64,000 nt of DNA. It comes from an uncultured virus (IMG/VR IMGVR_UViG_3300017992_000618) (taxonomy: Duplodnaviria > Heunggongvirae > Uroviricota > Caudoviricetes). The stretch lies in IMG/VR virus record IMGVR_UViG_3300017992_000618; one strand, 5' to 3'. Made by a program: the position numbers and the translations under genes. A model generated the notes under the pieces. It saw only the letters and a list, made by a program, of their open reading frames with translations, had not been told where the DNA came from and ran no database searches. This document shows positions 1-8,131 of this stretch, piece by piece. Every line of letters starts with the position of its first letter. Position 1 is the first letter of the stretch.

Positions 1-103
1 ATCACATTGTTAAATCCAAATAATGAAGATAAGAGCCAACGATTGCCAAAATCATATGAATACAAAAATGCTTGGCAATTGTTAATTTAAGAGAGGTGGC
101 AAA

Positions 104-1117
104 ATGAACATATTTGAAAGATTTTTTGAGTGGTTTTTAAAATGGATATTTGGTATTAAAGAAGAAAAACAAGAGCCAATAGTATCAACACCAATACCAG
201 ACCCCATAGTGGAGCCAGAACCAGAGCCGAGTAATGATGAGTTTTACCCTCCACGTGCGTTTAAAACTTACAAGTTTGCACTTTTGGTGGGCGTAAATAA
301 ATATGCGATGCCTGGTGCTGATTTAAATGGTTGTGTCAACGATGTACATGGTATGAAGGGTGTTCTAACTAAATATTATGGATTTGATCCAAATAATATG
401 ATGGTTCTGTTGGATAAAGATGCAACTAGAGAAAATATTATCAACGGATTAAATTGGTTAGTGGCTAGGTCTAGAGAAGGCGCGGAACTTGTGTTTCATT
501 ATTCTGGTCATGGTAGTCAGGTGTTAGATAAGGATGGTGATGAAGTTAAAGATCAATTGGATGAAATTTTATGCCCACATGATTTAGATTGGAATCATCC
601 CCTAACTGATGATATTATACATAATAAGTTCAAACAAATACATCCTGGTGCATTTCTTACCATGGTGTGTGATTCCTGTCATAGTGGTACAATGTCTAGA
701 GAAATGAAGCCACCTGGGGTTGGTTGTTCGTGTGGTGATGGTTGTGGATGTAAAACTAAATCCAGATATTTACAACCACCGCAAGAGATAATTGATAGGC
801 AAATAAAAGCATTTGATCTGGGAAAAATTAAAGCAGGGCCAAACAAAATTGGTAAAAAGCAAGGAAAAGGCATCCAGAATCATGTTTTACTATCTGGTTG
901 TAAAGATAACCAAACATCCGCTGATGCCTATATTAATAATAAATACCAAGGCGCTCTTACAGCTAATCTATTACGAGCCCTCACACTAAGTCCCAGAGCC
1001 AATTGGCCAACAATCCATAGAAAAGCAGTAAGTACACTTAAGGGCGCTGGCTTTGCTCAGGACCCTCAGTTGAGTGGTGCTGATGATCTGTTAAATAGAA
1101 ACGTTTTTGGTGGATAA
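104..1117 (+). CDS. Metacaspase / caspase-family cysteine peptidase (peptidase C14)
   Basis: ALLVGVNKY, LNGCVND, HYSGHG (catalytic His), DSCHSG (catalytic Cys), LSGCKDNQTSADA and QDPQL motifs. Confidence 0.93.
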   Translation: MNIFERFFEWFLKWIFGIKEEKQEPIVSTPIPDPIVEPEPEPSNDEFYPPRAFKTYKFALLVGVNKYAMPGADLNGCVNDVHGMKGVLTKYYGFDPNNMMVLLDKDATRENIINGLNWLVARSREGAELVFHYSGHGSQVLDKDGDEVKDQLDEILCPHDLDWNHPLTDDIIHNKFKQIHPGAFLTMVCDSCHSGTMSREMKPPGVGCSCGDGCGCKTKSRYLQPPQEIIDRQIKAFDLGKIKAGPNKIGKKQGKGIQNHVLLSGCKDNQTSADAYINNKYQGALTANLLRALTLSPRANWPTIHRKAVSTLKGAGFAQDPQLSGADDLLNRNVFGG

Positions 1118-1118
1118 T

Positions 1119-1871
1119 ATGTTTAAAAAAATAACTATATTAATTTTGGCTTTACTGTTAGGTTTAAGTTTCACTGTTTCTGCTGTGGAGATTACTCTGC
1201 AGTGGACTATGAATCCAGAACCTGCTGTTACAGAGTACAAAGCTTTTGGAAGAGTTGAATCTGAACCAGACTATGACTACGAGGATCCTATTGTTACAAA
1301 ACAACATGCGGATTGTGGTCAGGTAACAGAGAATAAGTGCGAGACAACCTTCGTTGTAGATGGACAAGAGAATACATATTTTGTTGTTCGAGCCTATGAT
1401 GATGTAGGACGTCCTAGTGCTAATTCTAATGAAGTTATATACAACCCAACGATAGGTCCAGATTTCTTATCATTTACATGGTTGGACGCTAAGATATATA
1501 ACTATCCAGTATATTTTGGTACTACTGATAAGTCCATTACTGTAAACTGGTCAGCCTATCCAGACGCTGTTGGGTATGACTATGTATTATATGATATATT
1601 TAAAGAAGTTAATTCTAGTGTAGCGGGTTATGTTACTGTAACCAATGTTTCTTTTCAACTGCCACAGACTGGTTCTTACGAATTAAAAATAAGAGCTAAG
1701 AAAGCTGATGATACATATGATTCTTGGGTAACATTGCAAGGTAGATATGTTGGTTGGCCTGGAGGAGCTGGAGGTATAATAATTGATAGAGGCTTACAGA
1801 ACCCCAACACTAAAACAAGGAGCCATCCTGCCCAGCGACATTGGGAAAGAGAATTTGAGGGTGCTCGATAA
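1119..1871 (+). CDS. Exported fibronectin type III-like beta-sandwich protein
   Basis: N-terminal hydrophobic signal (MFKKITILILALLLGLSFTVSA); Fn3-like motifs ITLQW, YFVVRAYD...SANSNEV, YELKIRA; ATG at 1119 preferred over the track start. Confidence 0.65.
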   Translation: MFKKITILILALLLGLSFTVSAVEITLQWTMNPEPAVTEYKAFGRVESEPDYDYEDPIVTKQHADCGQVTENKCETTFVVDGQENTYFVVRAYDDVGRPSANSNEVIYNPTIGPDFLSFTWLDAKIYNYPVYFGTTDKSITVNWSAYPDAVGYDYVLYDIFKEVNSSVAGYVTVTNVSFQLPQTGSYELKIRAKKADDTYDSWVTLQGRYVGWPGGAGGIIIDRGLQNPNTKTRSHPAQRHWEREFEGAR

Positions 1872-1897
1872 ATAATTTAACTAAGGAGAAGATAATT

Positions 1898-2209
1898 ATG
1901 GCAAAAGTAAAAGATGTTAATTTGAGTTTCCCAGGATCCGCGTCTCCAGACGTGGTTGGGTATAAATTGTACATGGAAGATGCGCCCAATGCTGTTACCT
2001 ATGATTCACCATCATTTGATTTAGGTAATAACACTGCGATCGATTTAAGTACGCTGCCTGGTATGACATCTAGGGATGGTGTCTATAATCTAGGTATCAC
2101 AGCAGTTGATGACGCGGGGAATGAGAGCTCGTTCTCGCTAATTAATGACGTCCCTTTGGATTTCGCGGCGCCGGACCCTCCTGGAGAGATCACTATAGTA
2201 AGATCATAA
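1898..2209 (+). CDS. Small Fn3/Ig-like protein
   Basis: SPDVVGYKLY and GITAVDDAGNES motifs typical of Fn3 modules; AAGGAG RBS. Confidence 0.65.
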   Translation: MAKVKDVNLSFPGSASPDVVGYKLYMEDAPNAVTYDSPSFDLGNNTAIDLSTLPGMTSRDGVYNLGITAVDDAGNESSFSLINDVPLDFAAPDPPGEITIVRS

Positions 2210-2280
2210 TAGGAGTTCTCGTATTACTTGCGGTCGGTGGTCTCATTTTATACAATATCTATAAATAAAGGAGAAGTGTT

Positions 2281-2442
2281 GTGGGTACATTTACTGATAG
2301 AGTTATAGGTCCAGCGATTAAATATGACAAAGGTATCACTGATGATGCCCAAAATAAGATTAGAAATAGAATCTTATTCTGGTGTACAGTAGTGGCTAGT
2401 ACTGTCACCGTTCTTAATGTTGCGTATAATTGGATTTTTTAA
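2281..2442 (+). CDS. Small hypothetical membrane protein (53 aa, not in the ORF track)
   Basis: AAGGAG RBS, GTG start, C-terminal hydrophobic segment ILFWCTVVASTVTVLNVAYNWIF, TAA stop. Confidence 0.45.
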   Translation: MGTFTDRVIGPAIKYDKGITDDAQNKIRNRILFWCTVVASTVTVLNVAYNWIF

Positions 2443-2471
2443 CTTGACATTTTGTCATTAATGATTATATT
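2443..2471 (+). promoter_or_regulatory. Sigma70-like promoter CTTGACA-N16-TATATT
   Basis: The same motif and spacing recur at 3456, 7455 and 10805, each directly upstream of a gene. Confidence 0.7.
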
Positions 2472-2477
2472 ATAAGA

Positions 2478-3467
2478 ATGAAGAAATTTGATCTCGGACA
2501 ATTTAACACTAAAAAAGAGACCTGGCTCAAGCCGCACATAGCGGAGTTTATATTAAAGTCAGAGTGTTCACATTGCCTCGATCCGTTCGCGGGCGCAGGT
2601 GATTTGTTGGATACTGTACATAAACTTGGAAACTTTAGTGTGGAGGGATTGGATATTGACCCAACTCTTGGTTGGCAAATCAATGATGGTTTGGATGAAG
2701 TCCCATATAGAAAGGACACCATAGTCGTAACTAATCCCCCATACTTGTCCAAGAATTCAGCTGCCAGGCACGACTCAGATAGTTATAGATACTTTCTTAG
2801 TAATAGTAGTTATACTGATCTATATCAGATAGCACTTGAAAGAGTGATAAGGGTATACGATAAGTCTGTATTCATTATACCAGAGACTTACTTCGGAACT
2901 AATATGTTTAAGAATGATATACACTCTATAACTATATTAGAAGACAACCCTTTTGAAGACACTGAGTGTCCTGTCTGTGTGGTGTGTTTTAATAAAAGAC
3001 CTTTTATGACAATGGGGACGTACTCAATCTATAAGAATGATGAGTATGTTTTAGACAGCTTGGATCTGGAAGACACCAAGAAGTTCCTAAGATGTGATCC
3101 AGTGTTGTTCACAGACTTTAATAATAAGAATGGAAACATTGGTTTAAGAGGCGTGGATGGTGTGAAGTCAGATGACAGAATAAGATTCTGTTTGCCATCC
3201 GAATTAGATTATGATAAAGAATTAATAAAGGTTAGCTCTAGAGCGATAACCTTAATAGATGTTATGTTTTTAGATGGTAAGCCATTAGATGTAAATAAAC
3301 TAATTTCTAAGGCTAATCAGATACTTAATGACTATAGAACTATAACTAAAGATATTACACTATCACCATTTAAAAATAATAACAAGGAAGGGATTAGGAG
3401 ACGCAGATTAGATTACGCATTGGCGAAAAAAATATTAAATAAATCTGCATTAGGCCTTGACAAATAG
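2478..3467 (+). CDS. DNA amino-methyltransferase (N6-adenine/N4-cytosine)
   Basis: Motif I LDPFAGAGDL followed by motif IV VTNPPY. Confidence 0.85.
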   Translation: MKKFDLGQFNTKKETWLKPHIAEFILKSECSHCLDPFAGAGDLLDTVHKLGNFSVEGLDIDPTLGWQINDGLDEVPYRKDTIVVTNPPYLSKNSAARHDSDSYRYFLSNSSYTDLYQIALERVIRVYDKSVFIIPETYFGTNMFKNDIHSITILEDNPFEDTECPVCVVCFNKRPFMTMGTYSIYKNDEYVLDSLDLEDTKKFLRCDPVLFTDFNNKNGNIGLRGVDGVKSDDRIRFCLPSELDYDKELIKVSSRAITLIDVMFLDGKPLDVNKLISKANQILNDYRTITKDITLSPFKNNNKEGIRRRRLDYALAKKILNKSALGLDK

Positions 3468-3484
3468 AAATTATGTATTATCTT
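3456..3484 (+). promoter_or_regulatory. Sigma70-like promoter CTTGACA-N16-TATCTT
   Basis: Member of the 4-copy promoter family. Confidence 0.65.
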
Positions 3485-3530
3485 ATGATAAGTGTTAAGG
3501 AACACAAACTCAAAGGAAAAGGAGAACAAC

Positions 3531-4289
3531 ATGAAATTTAACGAGTATGCAAAAAACAAAATCAGAAAGAGAAATTTGGAGAATTTGGAAGAGGTAATCG
3601 CAGCATCCCTTATGCACCTTGAAGAGGGTGAAGAGCTGCCTGGGTGGATTGAAGAAAAGGTTATCAAACAATGTCGTAAGTATGGATGGTCTTTTTATCA
3701 AGTAGTATCCTCGATTATTACCGATCCAATTGCCGCATCCGCACTGGCTAAAGAAGCCAAGAAACAGGGTGTTGCTGAACGTGCTCAGCAGGAATTTCTC
3801 GAGCATAGAGGTATTACAGTCAATAGACTTTACAGTAGCGGTCCAGATGCTATCAGACTCTTGAATGGTGAACTTATTTATGGTCCCACACAAGCGTTGA
3901 CGGCTACTAAGTCCATGGATTTTATTTGCCAGGGAAATAGTTTGATGGACCTTATCTATGCCAAATATACTGAGGAAGCAGGTGGTTCTCAGGATAATCA
4001 AGCACGAGACGTTGTGCATTTCCTAGAAGAAGCTACACGTTATGTGAAGACCCATGATGATAAGGTTAGATTCGTAGCACTTCTGGACGGTGGTTATTAC
4101 TTTAAAATCATGCATAAGTTTGAAGAATATGCATCTGACAGAATAATTGTTGCTAATAGCGATACTTATTATGGTACTACCACTATTACTACTAGTGGAA
4201 GTCGGAAACAAAAGAAGAGAGACACTTTTGTTAGCAAAGAGCTCGTTGAACGAGTAAAACATGCAGTAGACGCTTATAAAGCTGAGTAA
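3531..4289 (+). CDS. Putative PD-(D/E)xK restriction endonuclease-like protein
   Basis: KSMDF...YAKYTEEAGGSQDNQARDV..F...FVALLDG resembles type II REase-like active sites; adjacent to an MTase; AAGGAG RBS before ATG 3531. Confidence 0.5.
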   Translation: MKFNEYAKNKIRKRNLENLEEVIAASLMHLEEGEELPGWIEEKVIKQCRKYGWSFYQVVSSIITDPIAASALAKEAKKQGVAERAQQEFLEHRGITVNRLYSSGPDAIRLLNGELIYGPTQALTATKSMDFICQGNSLMDLIYAKYTEEAGGSQDNQARDVVHFLEEATRYVKTHDDKVRFVALLDGGYYFKIMHKFEEYASDRIIVANSDTYYGTTTITTSGSRKQKKRDTFVSKELVERVKHAVDAYKAE

Positions 4290-4295
4290 TTAACA

Positions 4296-4622
4296 GGGGG
4301 CGAATTGGCTTCGACGTGGTGGATTGGAGTAGAAGACTTGACGACATAGACGGTCACATCCTATGTAAAAAATGTGGCATGGTGCTTATTAACTGGCAAC
4401 ATGAAAAACTACGCGAAAGATATGCTCAAGGGCGTATCCCGCACTTCTAAAGTTCTTTACGCCTAAAGAGCTTTAAGGGGGTCTGCCAGGAACCTAGCAA
4501 CAGAATCCTGGCAGTGGAATGTTACATAAGTTTTCAATGTTTATTATTTCTAAATATAATTCGTCGATTTAAGTTTTTTAAGACAAGCATTACGGACCTC
4601 GGTTCGATACCGAGCGCCTCCA
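4296..4622 (+). ncRNA. ssrA: tmRNA
   Basis: 5' GGGGGCG...TTCGAC and 3' GACCTCGGTTCGATACCGAG-CGCCTCC-A form an Ala-type acceptor stem with G3:U70 plus a T arm. The tag ORF resumes after TAACT at 4395 (GNMKNYAKDMLKGVSRTSKVLYA*, stop 4464-4466). No encoded CCA. Confidence 0.92.
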
Positions 4623-4632
4623 CATCATCAAT

Positions 4633-4706
4633 GCGGATATAGCTCAGATTGGAAGAGCACCTGCTTTCCAAGCAGGGGGTCGAAGGTTCAAGTCCTTCTG
4701 TCCGCT
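4633..4706 (+). tRNA. tRNA-Gly (anticodon UCC)
   Basis: GCGGATA/TGTCCGC acceptor, GCTC/GAGC D stem, CCTGC-TT-TCC-AA-GCAGG anticodon arm, GAAGG-TTCAAGT-CCTTC T arm; U73; no CCA. Confidence 0.95.
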
Positions 4707-4713
4707 CAATATA

Positions 4714-4807
4714 GCATCTTGGAACTGGTTGGGTTCGATTCCCAGCCTCCAGATAAGATTGGACCGGTCGACATCTGGATAGTTTAAAGGCGAAAACGCC
4801 AAGATGC
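4714..4807 (+). ncRNA. Circularly permuted tRNA-like RNA (YrlA/Y-RNA-like)
   Basis: Closing stem GCATCTTGG/CCAAGATGC; T arm GGTTGGG-TTCGATT-CCCAGCC; loop-closed acceptor-like stem TCCAGAT/ATCTGGA; then TA-GTTT-AAAGGCGA-AAAC D arm, so the T arm precedes the D arm. Confidence 0.7.
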
Positions 4808-4902
4808 ATTAAAAAGGAGGGTGAACTATGAGAACACGTATTATCCTTTCAGCAGGAGGCCAACCTATGACGTAAAGAACCTTTGAAAGGAGGTGAAACG
4901 TC

Positions 4903-5085
4903 ATGGGCAAAAAGGACCAGCAAAATAAACGCGGTTCGAAGAAAATCGGTCGACTGCTCAAAAGCCCTGCGCATCAAAGATATAATCTCGAAGAGCGTTG
5001 GGTAATTAACAAGAAGAAAAGAATGGCCAAACAAGCAAAGAAAGAGGCCAAGAAGAGAGCCAAGAAAGAAAGACTTAACAAATAA
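4903..5085 (+). CDS. Small, highly basic K/R-rich protein
   Basis: Strong AGGAGG RBS; 60 aa dominated by K and R. Confidence 0.6.
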   Translation: MGKKDQQNKRGSKKIGRLLKSPAHQRYNLEERWVINKKKRMAKQAKKEAKKRAKKERLNK

Positions 5086-5125
5086 CCTGGAGGGCGGGCT
5101 CAGCCCGCCCATCAAGGAGGAAAAC

Positions 5126-5653
5126 ATGTCAGGTTTCAGTCCGTATGATGCACCATTACAGGAATCACAATCAGATGCCATAGATGGTAGGTTTGGTGGT
5201 TTACGTCAGGTTGTAGACCAATCAGTTGGTAAAGGAATTACTACCATTTCAGGGGGCACCCCGAATGAAACTAAGATCTCTGCTTCCGTTATTGGTGACT
5301 ACACTAAACGTACTACTATAGCACCCAATACCAAGAGAAATCCTGTAGATGAAACTACAAAAGATGTCGACGACCTCAACAATGAAGAGGATCGTAAACG
5401 TGAAGCTTCTCGCAGAGCAGAGACTTCTACTGTCGGTGCCGCGAATAAGTATCGCAGACCTGGAGATGGGGATGATAAGACTTATTCTGAACCAGACAAC
5501 AGACCACTAGAAGATACAGATGCCTTCATACCAGAAGCCACCGTATCTGGTGAAGCTGTCAAATTAAGACGTTCTAAAAATAAGTATCATTTTGGTAGTG
5601 GTCAGTATGACAATATGCCAAACCGTGGTGCTTATGAAGGAGAGAGTCGTTAA
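5126..5653 (+). CDS. Hypothetical hydrophilic protein
   Basis: AAGGAGG RBS, 175-aa ORF. Confidence 0.7.
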   Translation: MSGFSPYDAPLQESQSDAIDGRFGGLRQVVDQSVGKGITTISGGTPNETKISASVIGDYTKRTTIAPNTKRNPVDETTKDVDDLNNEEDRKREASRRAETSTVGAANKYRRPGDGDDKTYSEPDNRPLEDTDAFIPEATVSGEAVKLRRSKNKYHFGSGQYDNMPNRGAYEGESR

Positions 5654-5682
5654 TAAAAATGTTTTTGTTAGGAGGTGTAATT

Positions 5683-5850
5683 ATGCCAAGAGGTGATGGA
5701 ACAGGACCAGATGGTAAAGGCCCGAAGAAAACAAATAAAGGTTGGCCAGCTAGAGATGGCCGCGGCTGTGGTCGTGGTGGTGGGGCTGGTAATTGTATGC
5801 AAGGTAAGAGAAGAATAGATAATTCCAAAAGACGTAGAGATAAATCGTAG
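5683..5850 (+). CDS. DUF5320-like small Gly/Arg-rich protein
   Basis: N-terminus MPRGDGTGP..GP and GRGCGRGGG; AGGAGG RBS. Confidence 0.6.
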   Translation: MPRGDGTGPDGKGPKKTNKGWPARDGRGCGRGGGAGNCMQGKRRIDNSKRRRDKS

Positions 5851-5968
5851 ATAGGATTCACGTAGGTCCGTGGTCCTCCATGAGTAAAGCCTGAGATAAT
5901 CGTGTCGCCCCGAACGGGTAACATTAGTATAAAATATACCGACCTTAGGGTTCATGGAGGAAAACAAA

Positions 5969-6256
5969 ATGAAATATATAAAACTAAAGAGAGAATTAAA
6001 AGAACTGGCTAAAGAATTAAAGAAGACTAAGTATAAACGCGACCACTGGTATGAATTTGGTGATTTCCAAGGTCCTTTTCAGTACAAGGTTTTAAGACTT
6101 AAATATGATTTTAGACACAAGCACATTGCATACTGTATGTTGCGTGGTAGGCACTACAAAGAAATCGAGAGGACTACAAAGAATCCACCTGATTTTGAAT
6201 TGGTTAGTAGCTACATGGACACGTACAACCAGAAAACCATGTGCGTTGGTTCATAA
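5969..6256 (+). CDS. Phage hypothetical protein
   Basis: GGAGG RBS; FRHKHIAYCMLRGR.Y.EIE motif that I recognise from other phage small proteins. Confidence 0.65.
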   Translation: MKYIKLKRELKELAKELKKTKYKRDHWYEFGDFQGPFQYKVLRLKYDFRHKHIAYCMLRGRHYKEIERTTKNPPDFELVSSYMDTYNQKTMCVGS

Positions 6257-6262
6257 TAATAT

Positions 6263-6309
6263 AGACCACATGATGACAGCTTTCTGTTGTTGTGTGGTCT
6301 TTCCTTTTT
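6263..6309 (+). terminator. Strong hairpin with U-rich tail, directly upstream of the CUA tRNA
   Basis: AGACCACA-TGATGACAG-CTTT-CTGTTGTTG-TGTGGTCT followed by TTCCTTTTT. Confidence 0.6.
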
Positions 6310-6382
6310 GGTCCAGTAGTTCAATGGTAGAACGGAGACCTCTAAACTCTCGCGCTCGTAGGTTCGATTCCTACCTGGACCT
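6310..6382 (+). tRNA. tRNA with CUA anticodon (amber suppressor-type)
   Basis: GGTCCAG/CTGGACC acceptor; GTTC/GAAC D stem; GAGAC-CT-CTA-AA-CTCTC anticodon arm (C31:C39 mismatch); GTAGG-TTCGATT-CCTAC T arm; U73. Confidence 0.75.
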
Positions 6383-6402
6383 AAGTAAATAATTCGATAA
6401 AG

Positions 6403-7452
6403 GTGATAGTGTTGCCAAATAAATATTCATATGATCATATAAAAAACATTTTCGAAGTGAGGGGGTTCACTCTTTTATCAAAATCTTACAAAGGATCTAA
6501 AAAACCTTTGAAAATAAAATGCAAAGAAGGTCATATATTTTCACGTGCATATGAATATTTTAGATTAAATTCAGATTGTCCAGTTTGTAAAGGTGTAGGT
6601 AAAATCCCATATGGGCATATTAAAGAACTATTTAAACAACAGGGATATAAATTATTAACAACTGAAGAAAATTATAAAGATGTAAGCCATAAAGTAAAAT
6701 TTGAATGCCCTAATGGCCATGTATATAAAATGAGAGCTTCTTCTTTTAAAGAGGGGTATAGATGTAATTTATGTAAGTTTGAGTCTCGGAAGAAGGATTT
6801 TTATGGTTTAAAAAGCAAGTTTGAATCAGAAGGTTATAAAATTCTTTCAAAAGAATATAAAGATAGTCGTACTAAACTTAAATGTAGATGTCCAGAAGGT
6901 CACACATTACATGTGCTTCCTTATAATTTTACTTCTGGTAAATCTAGATGTCCAACCTGTTCGGGCAATAAAAAATATACCATTGAAGAGGTTCGTGAAA
7001 TATTTAAATCAGAAGGTTATATATTATTATCTAAAGAATATATAAATAGTCACACCCCATTAAAATGTATTTGCCCTGAAGGGCATGAGTGGAACATTAG
7101 ACTTTGTGGGTTTGTTAACAATGGTTCTAGATGTTACACATGTCATCAAATAAAATTAATAGAAAATTGTACTTATATGGAGGCAAGAGGATATTATTGT
7201 GGTGCTTGGACAGATAAAGAATACAAAGAATCAATAAGAATAAGAGATAATCATAAATGTTTGAACCCTTGTTGTAAAAAGAAAAGTAAACGATTACATC
7301 TACATCATATAGATTATGATAAAAATAATTGTACACCACAGAATTTAGTAACGCTCTGCAATTCTTGTCATAGCCAGTCTAATCATAATAGAGAATGGCA
7401 TAAAGTTTGGTATCAAGCTCTTTTACGTAAAAGATATAATTATAAATATTAA
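6403..7452 (+). CDS. HNH homing endonuclease with repeated zinc-ribbon modules
   Basis: About four repeats of (G)Y.LLS.EY...KLK..CP.GH...C..C; C-terminal IRIRDNHKC...LHLHHIDYDKNN...NLVTLCNSCH; AT-rich. Confidence 0.88.
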   Translation: MIVLPNKYSYDHIKNIFEVRGFTLLSKSYKGSKKPLKIKCKEGHIFSRAYEYFRLNSDCPVCKGVGKIPYGHIKELFKQQGYKLLTTEENYKDVSHKVKFECPNGHVYKMRASSFKEGYRCNLCKFESRKKDFYGLKSKFESEGYKILSKEYKDSRTKLKCRCPEGHTLHVLPYNFTSGKSRCPTCSGNKKYTIEEVREIFKSEGYILLSKEYINSHTPLKCICPEGHEWNIRLCGFVNNGSRCYTCHQIKLIENCTYMEARGYYCGAWTDKEYKESIRIRDNHKCLNPCCKKKSKRLHLHHIDYDKNNCTPQNLVTLCNSCHSQSNHNREWHKVWYQALLRKRYNYKY

Positions 7453-7454
7453 TA

Positions 7455-7483
7455 CTTGACAACAGGAAATTAATGCTTATATT
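7455..7483 (+). promoter_or_regulatory. Sigma70-like promoter CTTGACA-N16-TATATT
   Basis: cttgacaacaggaaattaatgcttatatt, nearly identical to the copy at 10805. Confidence 0.75.
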
Positions 7484-7503
7484 GTACTATAGGAGGATAT
7501 AGT

Positions 7504-8118
7504 ATGATTGATCCAGAGAATATAACTAATTACAAACAGAGTTATGCAGAGCTTGAAGAGTTCATATTGTTTTGGGTGTGTGCTGCTGGAAAGAATGGTA
7601 GGACAGCAGCCAGATGTTTGGATAAATTCCTGAAAAACATTGGTTATCATGAACTACCGTTTGATTCGCCATTTGATGTCATTGAGGATCAAGCCTATGA
7701 TGACCTGCCTAATATAATGAAAGACGCGGGGATAGGCTGCTTCAACCAGAAAGCAAGAACCTTTGCAGAATTGATAGAAAGTGGTATTGATTTAAAAAAA
7801 TGTTCTGTGGATGATCTTGAAGCCATACATGGTATAGGCATGAAAACAGCACGGTGTTTTCTTATACATAGTCGTAGAGATGTGAGACTTGCTGGTATAG
7901 ATACACATATGTTGAAACATTTAAAAGCCGTTGGAGTTCCTAATGTACCATCTTCAACGCCTAGTAATAAGAAAGAGTATGTTAGATTAGAAAACGAATT
8001 TTTAAAACTAGCGGATGAGGCTGGCAAAGCGCCAGCTGTATTTGATTTAGAGATTTGGAATAAATATTCCATAAAATCTGAACCAAAAAATGTTAACAAT
8101 TTAGATTTAACCGGCTAG
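7504..8118 (+). CDS. HhH-GPD family DNA glycosylase (OGG-like)
   Basis: HhH motif LEAIHGIGMKTARCFL with catalytic-type Lys, then IDTHMLKHL with catalytic-type Asp; C-terminal DLEIW. Confidence 0.75.
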   Translation: MIDPENITNYKQSYAELEEFILFWVCAAGKNGRTAARCLDKFLKNIGYHELPFDSPFDVIEDQAYDDLPNIMKDAGIGCFNQKARTFAELIESGIDLKKCSVDDLEAIHGIGMKTARCFLIHSRRDVRLAGIDTHMLKHLKAVGVPNVPSSTPSNKKEYVRLENEFLKLADEAGKAPAVFDLEIWNKYSIKSEPKNVNNLDLTG

Positions 8119-8131
8119 GAAAGGGGTGTTA

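Noticed and set aside
4534..4809. Minus-strand 91-aa ORF (and similar ORFs at 6105-6392 and 23907-23942)
   Set aside because: Shadow ORFs overlapping tRNA/tmRNA genes
6310..6382. tRNA-Pyl or tRNA-Arg(UCU) interpretation
   Set aside because: Canonical D-loop GG, TTCGA T loop and 2-nt acceptor/D linker argue against Pyl; the UCU register needs C33, a worse stem and lacks A20
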